Source: Heterodontus francisci
Taxonomy: Eukaryota
Length of the DNA: 64,000 nt
Direction: 5' to 3'
Assembly (NCBI RefSeq): GCF_036365525.1
Contig: NC_090397.1
Coordinates: forward strand, 66,221,781-66,285,780
Part shown: one piece after another, positions 1 to 12,300 of the stretch
Position numbering within the stretch: the first letter of the stretch is position 1
Layout of the letters: every line of letters begins with the position of its first letter
Made by a program: the position numbers and the translations under genes
Notes under the pieces: model-generated
What the model was told of the DNA's origin: nothing
What the model saw: the letters and a program-made list of their open reading frames with translations, nothing else
Database searches by the model: none

Positions 1-859
1 TGCTATATAAAGGCAAGTCATTTCATTAATCATGAACTGTTATTCAAATCTCATCATTGAAAATATGACCACCTGGAACAGGAAGATACCATTTGATATC
101 AAACTAGATCCTTCTATAGATTGGTTTCTACTCATCCTACACTGGACTCCCTCCAAGCTTTTCATCTACTAGAGAAAGGTTCTGCAAAGTTTCTTGCTGG
201 CCACAGAAGTAAATTAAGCAAAACCACAGAATTCCTACTTGTTTTTATGTCCTACATCCTTGATGGGTTGCCTTCTTTCACATGATATTTCCATGCTCAA
301 CACAGACATTTCGTCATGTTAGGTGGGGCCATAATTTGGGCAGCTTGTGGGAGTGATATACAGCCCTGTTGTGCATGTGCCGAAGTCAAATAAAAGCCAC
401 AAAAAAAAAATCGAACTTTTGATCTTTTTTTCTAGTGGGGGATAATCATAAGTTCCCCCACCCATTCACACATGGAACATTTGCCTATGCTGCCACCCAT
501 AGTTATCAGTAATGATGGGAGAGTTAGGGATTATCCACCTTTTCCAGGCCAGAATCTATTAAGGATAATGGAAGACACTTGTTATGGGAGCCTCATAAGT
601 TTCATTCATTTCTCATGAATTAATCTAATAATGAATACACATTAAAACAGTTGCATTCCGGAGCCATTTTTTTGTAAATATTCTGCTTTTAACAACAAAG
701 GAGTACTCTGAACCATACAGCACTGAAGGAGGCCACTTGGCCCATCACGTCTGTGCCAACTCTCTGAAAGAGCTATCCAATTAGTCCCAATCCCCTGCTC
801 TTTCCCCATTGCCTTGCAGATTTTTCCCCTTCAGGTATTTATTCAATTTACTATTGTAT

Positions 860-1230
860 ACTCTTATACCACTCTTGCATCTGAGTCAGAAAGTCATGCT
901 TTCAAGCCTTACGGTTGGATTTAAGTACTTCATCTAGGCTGACACTCAGCCAGAGTAATTAGGGGATGTTGTATTGTTTGAGATGTCAGCCTTCAAATGT
1001 TAAATTGATACTCTGTTTTACTGGTACAGGTGAGCTTCATGATCCCGCAGCATTATTCGAAAAAGAGCAGAATTTTACCTCAGTTTCTTGGCCAATGTTC
1101 CTCCCTCAAAAAACACTAACTTGCCATGAACTTGCTGATGTGACATGGTGCTGTGCACATATAGCTACTGACGTAACTAAGTCACTGCCTAATTCAATGT
1201 GATTTGTAAAGATATTTCTGAGAGATGTGT
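860..1230 (+). mobile_element. Degenerate DeuSINE (SacSINE1-like)
   Basis: ctgagtcagaa..ttcaag head and gatcccgcagcattattcgaaaaagagcag core, shared with other copies in the window. Confidence 0.55.
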
Positions 1231-1537
1231 TGCTCTTACAGAGCTGGCATGGACACGATAGGCCGAATGGCCTTCTTCTGTGCTGCGACCATTCTATGAT
1301 TCTATGTGACCAGGTACCTTATAAAAACAAGTCTTCTTTGCCCCTGGATTCTTACCATTCTATTGCAAGGTCCTAGTGGTGAAGAATGGATTTTACTAGC
1401 GTGAATATATAAACCCTTCGGTTCTGAAATACAGGGTTCTATGTGACCCCACTTTTTGGCTGAGAGAAAAAAAATGGCAATAGCTGTGACTGGAAAAGCA
1501 AATTAATTGCAACAGTAAATAAATATCTATTGAGTCA

Positions 1538-1915
1538 GGAACATAAGGAACAGGAGTAGGCCATTCAGCCCCTCAAGCCTGCTCTGATATTCAATTAGAT
1601 TATGATTGATCCGCACCTCAACTCCACTTACCCGCCTTAGCCCATATCCCTTGATACCCTTAACTAACAAAAAGATCTATTGATCTTGTAAGCTCCTAAT
1701 GTTTCCCCAGCATCCACAGCTCTTTGGGGAAGAGAGTTCCCGATTTCCACTACCCTTTGTGTAAAAAATGTTGCCCAATTTTGCTCCTGAATATACTAGC
1801 TCTAATTTTATGTCCCCTTGTTCTAGAGCTCCCCCCAAGAGCAAAGAGTTTCTGTGTAGCTACCCTAAAAAAACTCTTTAAATATTTGATAAATCTCGAT
1901 CAGGTCACCCCTCAA
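1538..1915 (-). mobile_element. CR1 (HER1-like) LINE 3' fragment
   Basis: aggaacataaggaacaggagtaggccattcagcccctc is the reverse of a CR1 3' tail, followed by degenerate ORF2 end. Confidence 0.8.
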
Positions 1916-3172
1916 AATTCAGCATACCATTTCACAATTCTCAATTCAATATATGCTTCTTTTTGCAAATTAAGGGCAGGTTCACTATTTTAGATTCATT
2001 CAGGATTTCCTAGAGATTATAAGACTCTTTTAGGCTTTCTTTCCACAGACTCTCCAGTCTTAACAATCAGCCCAGTTAAAATAGCCCTTCTTTGTGAAAA
2101 TTCCAACTGTTGGATTTACATTTTCTGGGTGAAATCCAATTAATGGGTTCCTTAGGTGTGAGCAAGTTATATAATAAACTCATGTTGGCTAAAACCCATT
2201 ATAAATCCACACTATTGGGCTCATCATTGCCAATAACATAGAGGTAAATCACAGATGTAAAGTCGTACCTTTCGTTGTAATATTAATCCTTCTTTCAGTG
2301 CTGTATCTCTAAATCTAAAAAAAATCTAAATCTATTGAAAGTATTTCTCAGCTGTTTCTTTACCAAAATTAAATCCTCACAGGTAAAATTATTCATTTTG
2401 GAAGTTGGTAAATGTGCCACACTCTCCTTGGCAGGTCTGTCTGTTAGAACCATTCTGAGTTATGAAAAATGTGCCATTGCTTCTGCTCAGCTGAAATGCC
2501 TTGCTTGCTCTTTACTATAGCCCACCTGATGGTGAAGGTGAGATCTGACTCAGTTCATTCATCTTTCTCTCTAACCTGGTCAGGAAGGTGAGGCTGTCTA
2601 AATTAATTATTTTTTCTCTCTGTGATTTCACAGTGAAGGTGAGTTGTGAATAAACTCATTTTATATGTTTCTGATGAACTTCACTGTAATACAAGGATAA
2701 TATTCAAACCCACAACCTGAGCTTGAGAGAGCACCTGTAGTACCAATCCTATAGTCTTAAACAAACACATTTGATCCTGGCCTTTAAAATGCTGAAGGAT
2801 ATAATAAAGGTAACTAGAAACAACATCTTTATCTTGAGCTGCCGTCAAGATTGTTTTGTGAGGATTATAGAAAATGAAAAAGTAAAGGACAGGCTAGAGA
2901 TTAGAAAAAAACTGGCAAAATAATGAATATATTTTTCAATATTTCATGTCAATTAGAACCTATAAAGAGAAGCTGTAAGGTATATCAGAAGTAAAACTAA
3001 AAGGTTTCGTAAGTGTAGAGCAAGCCACCTGAAGAGACATCTCAATTCCTTAATATGTTACCAACTTCTAACACACTCCAGCCTGTGGAGAAAATTAGCA
3101 GAAAAAGTATTTTATTTCTGCTCAGTATGCTGTTTCAGGATATTAATGCTTCTGGTGTTCCCTCTTTTGCAG

Positions 3173-3336
3173 GACAGTAAACCCCATATGACAGATTTCA
3201 TAGTGAAATCCACTATCTTTTCTCGCTATGCATTCACAGCTGTTTCCTCCACCATGGTCAATCGGGCTCAAAGGCCCAAAGATGCAGTTTTCCAGATGCA
3301 AATTCCAGCCGCTGCCTTCATTTCCAACTTCACAAT
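3173..3336 (+). CDS. ITIH5: ITIH5 exon (human exon 3 equivalent), start of VIT domain
   Basis: ctcttttgcag|GAC ... ACAAT|gtgggt; 164 nt; [22 protein letters not shown]...ISNFTM. Confidence 0.95.
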
Positions 3337-6300
3337 GTGGGTATCTGCCAGACCTGATTCTGTTCATCTGGGGTTACAATGGTTTATAGAGAGTTTGTCG
3401 CAGATTGATCAGAATGAACAATGAATCGATGATATTATGAGTCACATTTTGCTGTAGCAAGACATCTGCCATTAGTTAGATTTGTCCTTGCACCCTTCAG
3501 CTCAAACATTTTTGCCCCCTAAGTTTCTGGAAGTGCAAGCCAAAAACAGCGCAGCGAGGGAAACAGGGCAAGCAATAGGGTACCTTCTTCACAAATTAGA
3601 TCAGAGGTTTTGGAAATAAACAGCAGAAAGACTGAGAAGGAGGGTGAATTAGAGGGGGTGAATTCCATGGCATGAAGTTGATTAGCTCAGTTGGCTACAG
3701 TATGATATCGCATAATATCAACAGTGAGGGTTCAATCCCCTATACCAGCTGAGGTAGTTCTTGAGGACTGCCTCCTGGCCTTGCCCCATAATGATATCAT
3801 GGCATAAGCCATGATTAGGAACCCTTACACAATGGGGATACTACTTGGAGATAGGAAAAAAAGTTCAATGTTAAATCAGGTACAAAAGAGGACAGTTTAA
3901 AAAAATCTTAATGAAAAATTCAAAACCTGAAGGAATGAGACTCTACATTTGTAATAGCTAATTTTCAGTGCCAGAGAGGTTGATTGGCAGTAATTAACAA
4001 TCATCACATTGTTAAAATCATACTTACACTACTAATTACTAACCCTAAATATCTGCGGCACATTTAGTTCATATCTGCTGTGCAAATACAGCAACTCTAA
4101 AACATTCAATGCATTTCATTGGTGAGGCAGGCAGCAAGATGTCACTTTTCACAATGATGGACTGATGCAACTCGAACAGCAACCTTTGGAAATCCACATT
4201 TAACCAGGCATCTGCTCCTCGCCTGAAGTTCCATGCTGATGTATGAATGCATCCTCGCTGTTATTTTGACAGTAAATTTGGGCCCATTGTCTTGGGTTGA
4301 GTATAAGGACAGTATCCTTGTTTTATCTTAGATTCAGTAACATAATTAGTTTTGCATGAAGGATACAAAACAGCATCATCAGTTAAATAGGACCTTCACC
4401 GTATGGTTGAGCAGTTTCAATGTAAGGTACTCCCATCTAGTTAGGGGTGAAAAAACTAACAAAGGTCTTTCCTGCTAATTAAGACAGATCTTTGTTTTTC
4501 TGTCCTCACCATCAGCTTGCTGGAGATCCACCATTTAGGCTTTACAAGCCAAAAAAGAGATACGGATCTGATGAGATGATGTTCCCCAGAGTGTAGTTAT
4601 TACTGTTATATACGAGGACATTCTTAGTCCCAGATGTTAATTGGGAGGAATAGTGAGATGATAAATACTGGCTGGGTATTTGGCTCATACTGCATTTTTT
4701 TTCACGGCTGACAGCAGTTAGGATAAAAACTATGTGCAATTTACACTAACTAAATGGTTATGTGATTGCTTTCAGCTCTGTAGCAGGCTGCTGAAGGATT
4801 TAGGAAAGATCTGCCAAGGCATTCCAAAACCAGATTGGCCTGAATTGGGACCAAAGGTGCAACCCCCACTGCATTTAATATTACTACCAAGTAGCAGTCA
4901 AAAAGAAAAGTTTGCCTAAAAATGAAGAGAGTATATATTGTAAAGAGAAGCAGATCCCTGGCCCTAATTCAATTTTTCTGATCTTCTGACACTTAAAAGC
5001 TACTTGCAACAGCCTGTCTGTCCATCTATCTAGCTATGTATCATAAAGTGTTATGTCATGGCTCACTCAATAATAGACAAGTCATGTAAGGAACCTATTT
5101 AATACGTCCCCTTCACTCTGCATGACATGCTTTGTGTATGATTCACTAAGACTATTCTTAGAAGACAAGGATGAAAAATGATTAATAAATGCATGGATAG
5201 GAATTACTTTTTGTTCAATCATTTTTCTTGGGAATGAACTGTAAGGTCTCCAAAGCTCATTCCCACAATTTTAAAATTGGAACAAAATGTTCTACAAGCT
5301 TGACGGCTAACTCACCACAAGTGTTAGCCATGTATTAACACTTTGCAGAAAGTTCCTTTACTTTGAAGTGAATTACAAAGTGGAACTAAAAGAAAGGAAG
5401 CATAGGATGAAAGGTTTACCATTTTGGCCTTGTTGTGCAAAGAGCCCCACTTATACTTTGTCCTGTAATGAGATTTATGGTTACCTGTGAAACACTGGTA
5501 ATTATTTAACTGTGGAATGCAGAAACACACTCTCACAACATTGAGACCCAGAAAATAATGACTGGACTTTATTGTGATTTAATTAACATGTTATCTTTTT
5601 TTTTGTTTCTGTACAGGATCATAGGCAAAAAAGTATATCAGAGTGAGGTGACAAGCAAAGCAAAGAAATCCAAAGACAAAATAAAAGAACACTCTGGAAA
5701 AAATGAAAATATGTAGGTATTCAATTCCTTACTTACCTGTACTCATATATTTAAAAGACCTCTGTGTAATACAGGAGTTAAAAGTTTCCAATAGACATTG
5801 ATTAACTGATGTGCAATTTAAACTTGTCATTAATATAATGCTGTTGTTTTACTGAGATAGTGGCCAGAATCTTATGTTGGGTTGGAGGCCCCGCCCATCA
5901 GCCAAAAAGTCAGGCTCGAGCCTGCATCTGCCAGGCTTTGGAGCCATGACATGATTTTACACTCCCCAGGCCCTTAATTGGACTTGGGTGTGACTTCCAC
6001 CCCTCTGAGACAGGAAGTCCCGCCTAATGGAGCTGCCAGCCAATCAGTGGGCTGGCAGCTCTCAGTCTAACAGCACCACCGGGAGCAGTGGCCACTGCTG
6101 GGACTGCACCCAGCCAACAGCAGCAAGAGGGATGACAGCCCCGGAAGAAAGGTAAGTTTGTTGGGCCTCGCCAGCGACAATCAGCTGGGCCCCGGCGAGG
6201 CAAAGAGGGTCGGTTGTAGGGGGAAGGGGGGGAGTTTATTTCAGTGGGGGTGGTTGGGGCTTTGGGGGAGGCCCTCCATGGGTCACAGGGTGCCCAATCA

Positions 6301-9300
6301 AGAGGGCTGTCCCCAGCCCGCTTGGTGGCCTTTTTGGGGCCTAAGGCACCCGCCCGCCGCTGGTAAAATACCTGCGGTAGCGGGACGAGGCCTTTTGGTG
6401 GCAGTTAATTGGCCACCTAAGGGCCTTGATTGGCCTGGGGTGGGCGGGCTGTTTCTCACCGCCGCTGCCCCTCATAAAATTGCAGCAGGGACGGAAGGCA
6501 CAGTAACGGCACCCCCTGCCTTCCACTCAATTTTACGGCCCCACCACCACCACCAGCCCACACCTGTGGTGGGGGGGAGGGGCGTAAAATTCTGGCCAGT
6601 GATTAATTTTAAATAAGGGTAAGCAGCATCTCACAATTCAGTCACAGTGACCCTGTCTTTGTACTAACAACTGAAGAGAACTAAATAGCCCAAAAATTCA
6701 AAATAATTACTTTCATCTTAAAGAAAAAAGTGGAAATGACAGAAATAGCTATTCGCTGTGTGAAATGATGGAACCCACTGTGACTGATAAACTATACCAC
6801 ACCGTGTGATTTTGCCCCTGTGGTTCCCACAGGGTGAATTACCAATCTCAGCTGGGCTACCAGAGTGCAGGTGAGAGCCAATCATCATTGTCCACAGGTA
6901 CAGAGAAAGGAAAAGCCAATAGGTTAACCAGGTCTGTCCGGTTTGAAAGCTGGCATTGACAGAGGCCTGAGATTAGGGAAACCTTGCTGCCCTGTCTCTT
7001 TGGGGATAGAGCACAATTCACGCAGGACAGAAAGAAGACAGCCTCTATGAGTTCAATACAGCTGATATCAATAGGGAAAGAAGAGAAATTCCCAATTTCC
7101 ATTACACTTAAGGCGCAGACTTTATAAAACAAAGAACACCCTGTATCAATAAAACAGAAAAAACATGCAAATATAATTCCTCAAATATATGCATAAAATG
7201 TCTGTTTCTCTGTACTAGAGGTAAATTTGTTGATCATTAGAGATCTCAACACCAAGAATTTGTTTTTGTTTTTTAATCTACTATTTATTTTCTGGTGAAT
7301 CTAAATGCCTACATTTTCGAGTCAAGGTCATTTGTTAGCTCTGGTGAATCTTGGTTCACTGATTAGTCAACAGAAAGCATTGTCAAGTGGCACTAACCTT
7401 TTCTGGGTGTTCTCAGATAATAGATTCAGACAAGAAGAATGTGCAGTGATGGAAAAATGTTCTTTGGAAAAGTGAGTTCAGGGAAAACCCTGTGATCCAG
7501 TGATCATGTTTTTCTTTAATTTATTAAAGGACAGAATAAGTCATCAAGTAATGGTTAGGGGGTGCCAAGCTTGGATATCAAAGCCTGTAGATTTTAAGCA
7601 AATGGAAAGATTGAAGGAACAAAGAACAAAGAACAGTACAGCACAGGAACAGGCCATTCGGCCCTGCAAGCCTGTGTCGATCTTGATGCCTGCCTAAACT
7701 AAAACCTTCTGCACTTCCGGGGACCGTATCCCTCTATTCCCATCCTATTTATGTATTTGTCAAGATGCCTCTTAAACGTCGCTATCGTACCTGCTTCCAC
7801 CACCTCCCCCGGCAGCAAGTTCCAGGCACTCAGGAGATAAAGCGTTCATAATTTTGAAGTCCTCGGATGGAATGCATTAGAATAGAAGCATTGTGATGAA
7901 TCTTGATTTCAATGCAATGAGGGCTGGCATAGTTGGAGCTTTGGAGGAACAAGAGAGGAAAGTTTGGAGGGCGATTTGCAGGTAGGGTAGCCTATGTGTG
8001 CTTGCTTCCGCGCTCTAAGTGGTCTGATGAGTACCTACCTGCATTGTAAAATAATCTATCTCTTGGCCAGTTGGAGTTCAGGGTGGGCTGGAGGAGGTGA
8101 GGTTAATGTGTCTGTGTCAGTATAGAAGAGTTTTTAATCCTGGATGAGATTTGTTTTGGCTTTGTGAAGATATGAATTTTAAGGTCAGTACAGCCAACAT
8201 TCCTAAAGATTGTCCCACTCCTTCCTCACATTTCTTATAAGTTCTTTATTCCCATCATAATTCCACCCACATAATATTTTTTCCATCAAATTACACCACT
8301 ATATCAGTACAACTGAAAAAAAGACATTTTTATTACTGTACAGAGCAGCTGCAACACAATCCTCACTTATTCCAATTTCAAACTTATGAAAATCTTCATT
8401 CCCCGAAGTAACATTTATCACTGCCTGGCCTGTGCGACTGAGCTACAGATCACCATATGATCACTAGGCAACTTGTTAGCTTCCTTTGGCCAAACAGTAA
8501 TCTACCATTTAAAAATAAAACTTGAGCTTTCTTGATAGTTCAGTGAGTTTATTCAATGTGTGGCTAAGTGAGACAAACCAGGGAGGACCCAGGTTGATTT
8601 CCAGTCTCAGATGGTTTGGCAGGAGGAGGAACATCAGGTGAGGACAAGATATGCTTTGGCTGTGAAACTGTCTCCCATGCTCAATTAGATTGCCACCATG
8701 TGCTCTCGAGACCAATTGGCTGAGGTACTAAAGTGTACGTGGGATCCATGGACATGCACCCAGCAAAGCCTCCAGGAGAGGCGAAAAGCAATAAAAAAAA
8801 TGTGAAATAATTCATCGAAGCATTTGGCTGAATTTAAACAATTTGGCCAAGTTCATATTGATATTACTTTTTTACCTCACTGACAAGTGTATTGGCGACT
8901 GTTATTTTGACCTTGGAAGAATTTTTTGTTTCCTATTATCTAATCTTAATAGTTTTTTGTCATTTAAACTGACAAACGTTACTGAATTAGGTGCAGCTTT
9001 GTCTCTGAGTCATTACTGATCCTATAGATTCTGTTTATGATGAAACTATCACAGATGTCATATTGAGATGTAAAGGTTTTTATTAATGGCTATTCTGAAC
9101 ATTATTAAACACAAAATGTTACATATTGTGATATGGTTTGTACAAATACATTTTCAGTTTCTGTGGTTATGGTATCCATTCGCATGATAATCTTTGTACT
9201 CTTCAATCCAAATCATTAATCATTTCATACTCCAATACTGCAAAACAATGCAAGGCTCAGAACAAGGAACATTCTAACATGTAGTCTATCGTTTCCTGAC

Positions 9301-12300
9301 AGAGACAGAGAAGTGGAAATTTTCACTGTCACTGTAAATTTGCCTGCAAGGACCAAAGGATTATTCCTTCTGACATATGAAGAGCTGTTGGAGAGGTGTC
9401 TGGGAAAGTATACACATGTGATCAGCGTCAGACCCAAGCAGATCATTCCTAAACTCCTGGTGGACATCCATTTGATGGAGCATTCTGGAATTACTTTCCT
9501 CGAAGTCGCACCCCTAAGAAACAGTAAGCAGATCAGTCGCAGCACTGCAGGTAACTCAGTACAGAGAATCAAAGAGAGATATTTACATCTCTGTGATAAG
9601 TTTGTGCTGAACAAGTTTGTTAAGTAACATATGTTAAATTTAAAATGCAAATTCAGTTTGATTATTGCATTTTACCCTGATATCCCCAATACATTGACTG
9701 CTATCTTTCTAAAAAGTGTATTTAATGGGCTTTTCCCCTATAATGTTATTCTCCTTTATTTGCTTGCCGTGACACCTCTGCCTTCAAGAAGGCAGGTTAG
9801 CTCCCAGCTTGCAGCAACTACCCCTGATTGTCGATTGCAGGGGAGCACTTGGGACAGTGCAGCTCCACCAAACTTCCCTCCTCTCTGCTGAGCGGTGTTG
9901 CTTGGCATAACACAAGGCAAAAGCTCATCAGAGTGGGACTGCAAACCTATATCTCTGTCCTGTCAACAGCTCCAGTATTATAAAAAGAGAAAGTGCTGGA
10001 AATACTTAGCAGATACAACAGCATCCGTGGAGAGAGAAACAGAGTTAATGTTTCACCATCTTAACTCAAAACAGAATAAGAATATATTTAGCGGTATTTT
10101 ATGTACGTGACAGGGGTCTCGGTCACCGGTGAGAGCCCCGCATTGCCTATTTTCTGCCGCATCACGTGCCAATCAGGCACTTAACTGGGGAGCAAGGGAC
10201 CTTAATTGGCATTAAGGACTCCGGCAATAGAAGTCCTGCCTGCTGAGAGCTGCCAGCCAATCAGAGGCTGGCAGTTCTTTTACTGAGCAGCACCACCACA
10301 GAGACAGTGGCCGCTGCAGGTAATGCACCCACCAAGGCTGAGGATCATCCGTGGACCCAGGCCACAGGTGAGTGATGGCGGGATGGGTTTTGCAGGCTGG
10401 GGGTCGCAGGAGAAGGGGGGGGTGTAGAGGTTTCAGGGTGCCCTTCCTGCCCTGCTGCCAATTGGGGTGGAGACAGGCTGGTGGCAGGGTTCCACCACCC
10501 CCCCCCCCCCCACCCTCCACCACCATCACGTCTGATTAAATGTTCTCCCCATTTCCAAAAACACCATGGGGGAGAGCATAAAATCCAGCCCATTGTGTAA
10601 GGCACAGAGCCCGTCACCTCACCTACGCACCCGCCCCCACCTCCAACCAACTTGCACCACCATCCAAAGATCTACCTGAATGTTGGCTCAGTACCAAGTT
10701 GACCAATCTTGTGAAAGCCTCAACAATAGCATTGGTGTCTCCAGCTCGTCAGTTTTGTGTAGATGTGGCCTGAGGTCCAATTTCCGGTGAGTGTCATTGG
10801 ACATATGTTCGAGGTGTTGCACCCACTTTGCGCAGGTTGCTGACACAAGATGAATTTCTTTGCCTTGGAGGCCATATTCTCACTTAATGCATCAGTGCAG
10901 TAATGAGGGGGCTGTCTGTCAGATGACATTAAGCTGTCCACTACTTAGGTGGGTGCAAAAGATCCCACAGCACTATTCAAAGAAGCACTGGGGAGTTATC
11001 TAAGCCAATATTTATTCCTCAACCAACATCACCAAAAACAGATTAACTTTGTCATTTACCTCAGTGTTGTTTGTGGGGATTTTGCAAATTGGCCACAGTA
11101 TATTCCTACATTACAACAGGGACTTCATTTCAGAAGTAGTTCATTGGCTATAGTTACGACCAAGGTGAGAGTAATGCATTGCTAATTCAGTCCCACTACT
11201 CCACAGGTCACAGCATATTAGTAAAGTTTCCCACCTACCGGAAAAATAGCCAAATTAATCACTTTATTTATCCCCAGAATAAATCACAACAAACCAGGTT
11301 TCTTTAAACAACAAAATGAACTATTTATTAATAAACCAAGTTTTAAATGATAGAGATGAATTTATATGTATGAAAAGATTTTATAACTCCTTAATCTTCC
11401 TAACCCTCATGCATATACATACATTCAATTACCAATGGTTAACCAAGGAAAATGGTTATATTGATTTTATAACAGTTCCTTAAGGATAATAAAATAACTG
11501 GGTTGTAACTCCTGGTAGTATTTTCCTGGTTTAGCGAAGTGTCCCAGAGTCAATTAGTCAGATGCCACTCAGCGTCTCTCCAGGTGAAATTAATGAAAAT
11601 TAATGAAAAGTCTATGATGGGCTGTCATCACACAGATCTTTCAGCAAAAGGTTGTAGCAACAGGTCTATTTAAGTTTTAAAGTAGCAGTCTAACAGTAGA
11701 AACTTTTGAGAGTTCAGGAACTTCCAAAACACAAAAGTCAACAGGAATTACTGTCAGCAAAGGAGCCTTCTCCACAGAGCACAGCACTACAGAACTCACT
11801 CTCGAGGCAGGGATTCTTTACTGGAGACAACAGCAACTTGCCACACCCAAAACACAGGCTTCATTTCTCCAAAGCAGTGTTTCTCCACAGAGTGTAGCAA
11901 TTCCTCTTTTCTCTGGGTCTCTTCCTCTCTCTTCAGGCAGGTCAAAACCACCTTAAATGTAGCACTTTTTCCCTTGAAATGGAGAGCTTATTTTCAGAGA
12001 GAATCGATCTTTTTCTCTGGTCAGCTCCAGCCACTGCTAGCTGTTCTGTTTCTCTCTGGTCTCTCTCACTGCAGAACTGAAAGCTGAAAGCCTTTTTGTT
12101 TTACAAACAATAAGAGTCACAAGACAATTGTAAAACCTTCAGGTTGCTTGGATCCAAGTTTCCCTGCAGTCTGGACTTCAAATACCACAACAAGTCTCTG
12201 CAGTCACTCTCCACAGAAAACAACAGATCTTAAAGGCACACTGTGTTCCCAGTTTTTTTTTTAAACAAAACTTTTATGACACCATGAAGTACTTTGGGAC

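Noticed and set aside
1-3172. ITIH5 exons 1-2 (signal peptide, RVPRQ-like segment)
   Set aside because: No convincing splice-bounded match found; presumably upstream of the window.
6158-6616. 152-aa GC-rich ORF (also 55468-55803)
   Set aside because: Lies within a MITE; the open frame reflects GC content, with no transposase motifs.
6643-6685. CACAGTG heptamer as a V(D)J recombination signal
   Set aside because: No nonamer at 12- or 23-nt spacing and no Ig/TCR segments nearby.
9225-9650. 141-aa antisense ORF
   Set aside because: Shadow of the ITIH5 exon on the opposite strand; no recognisable domain.
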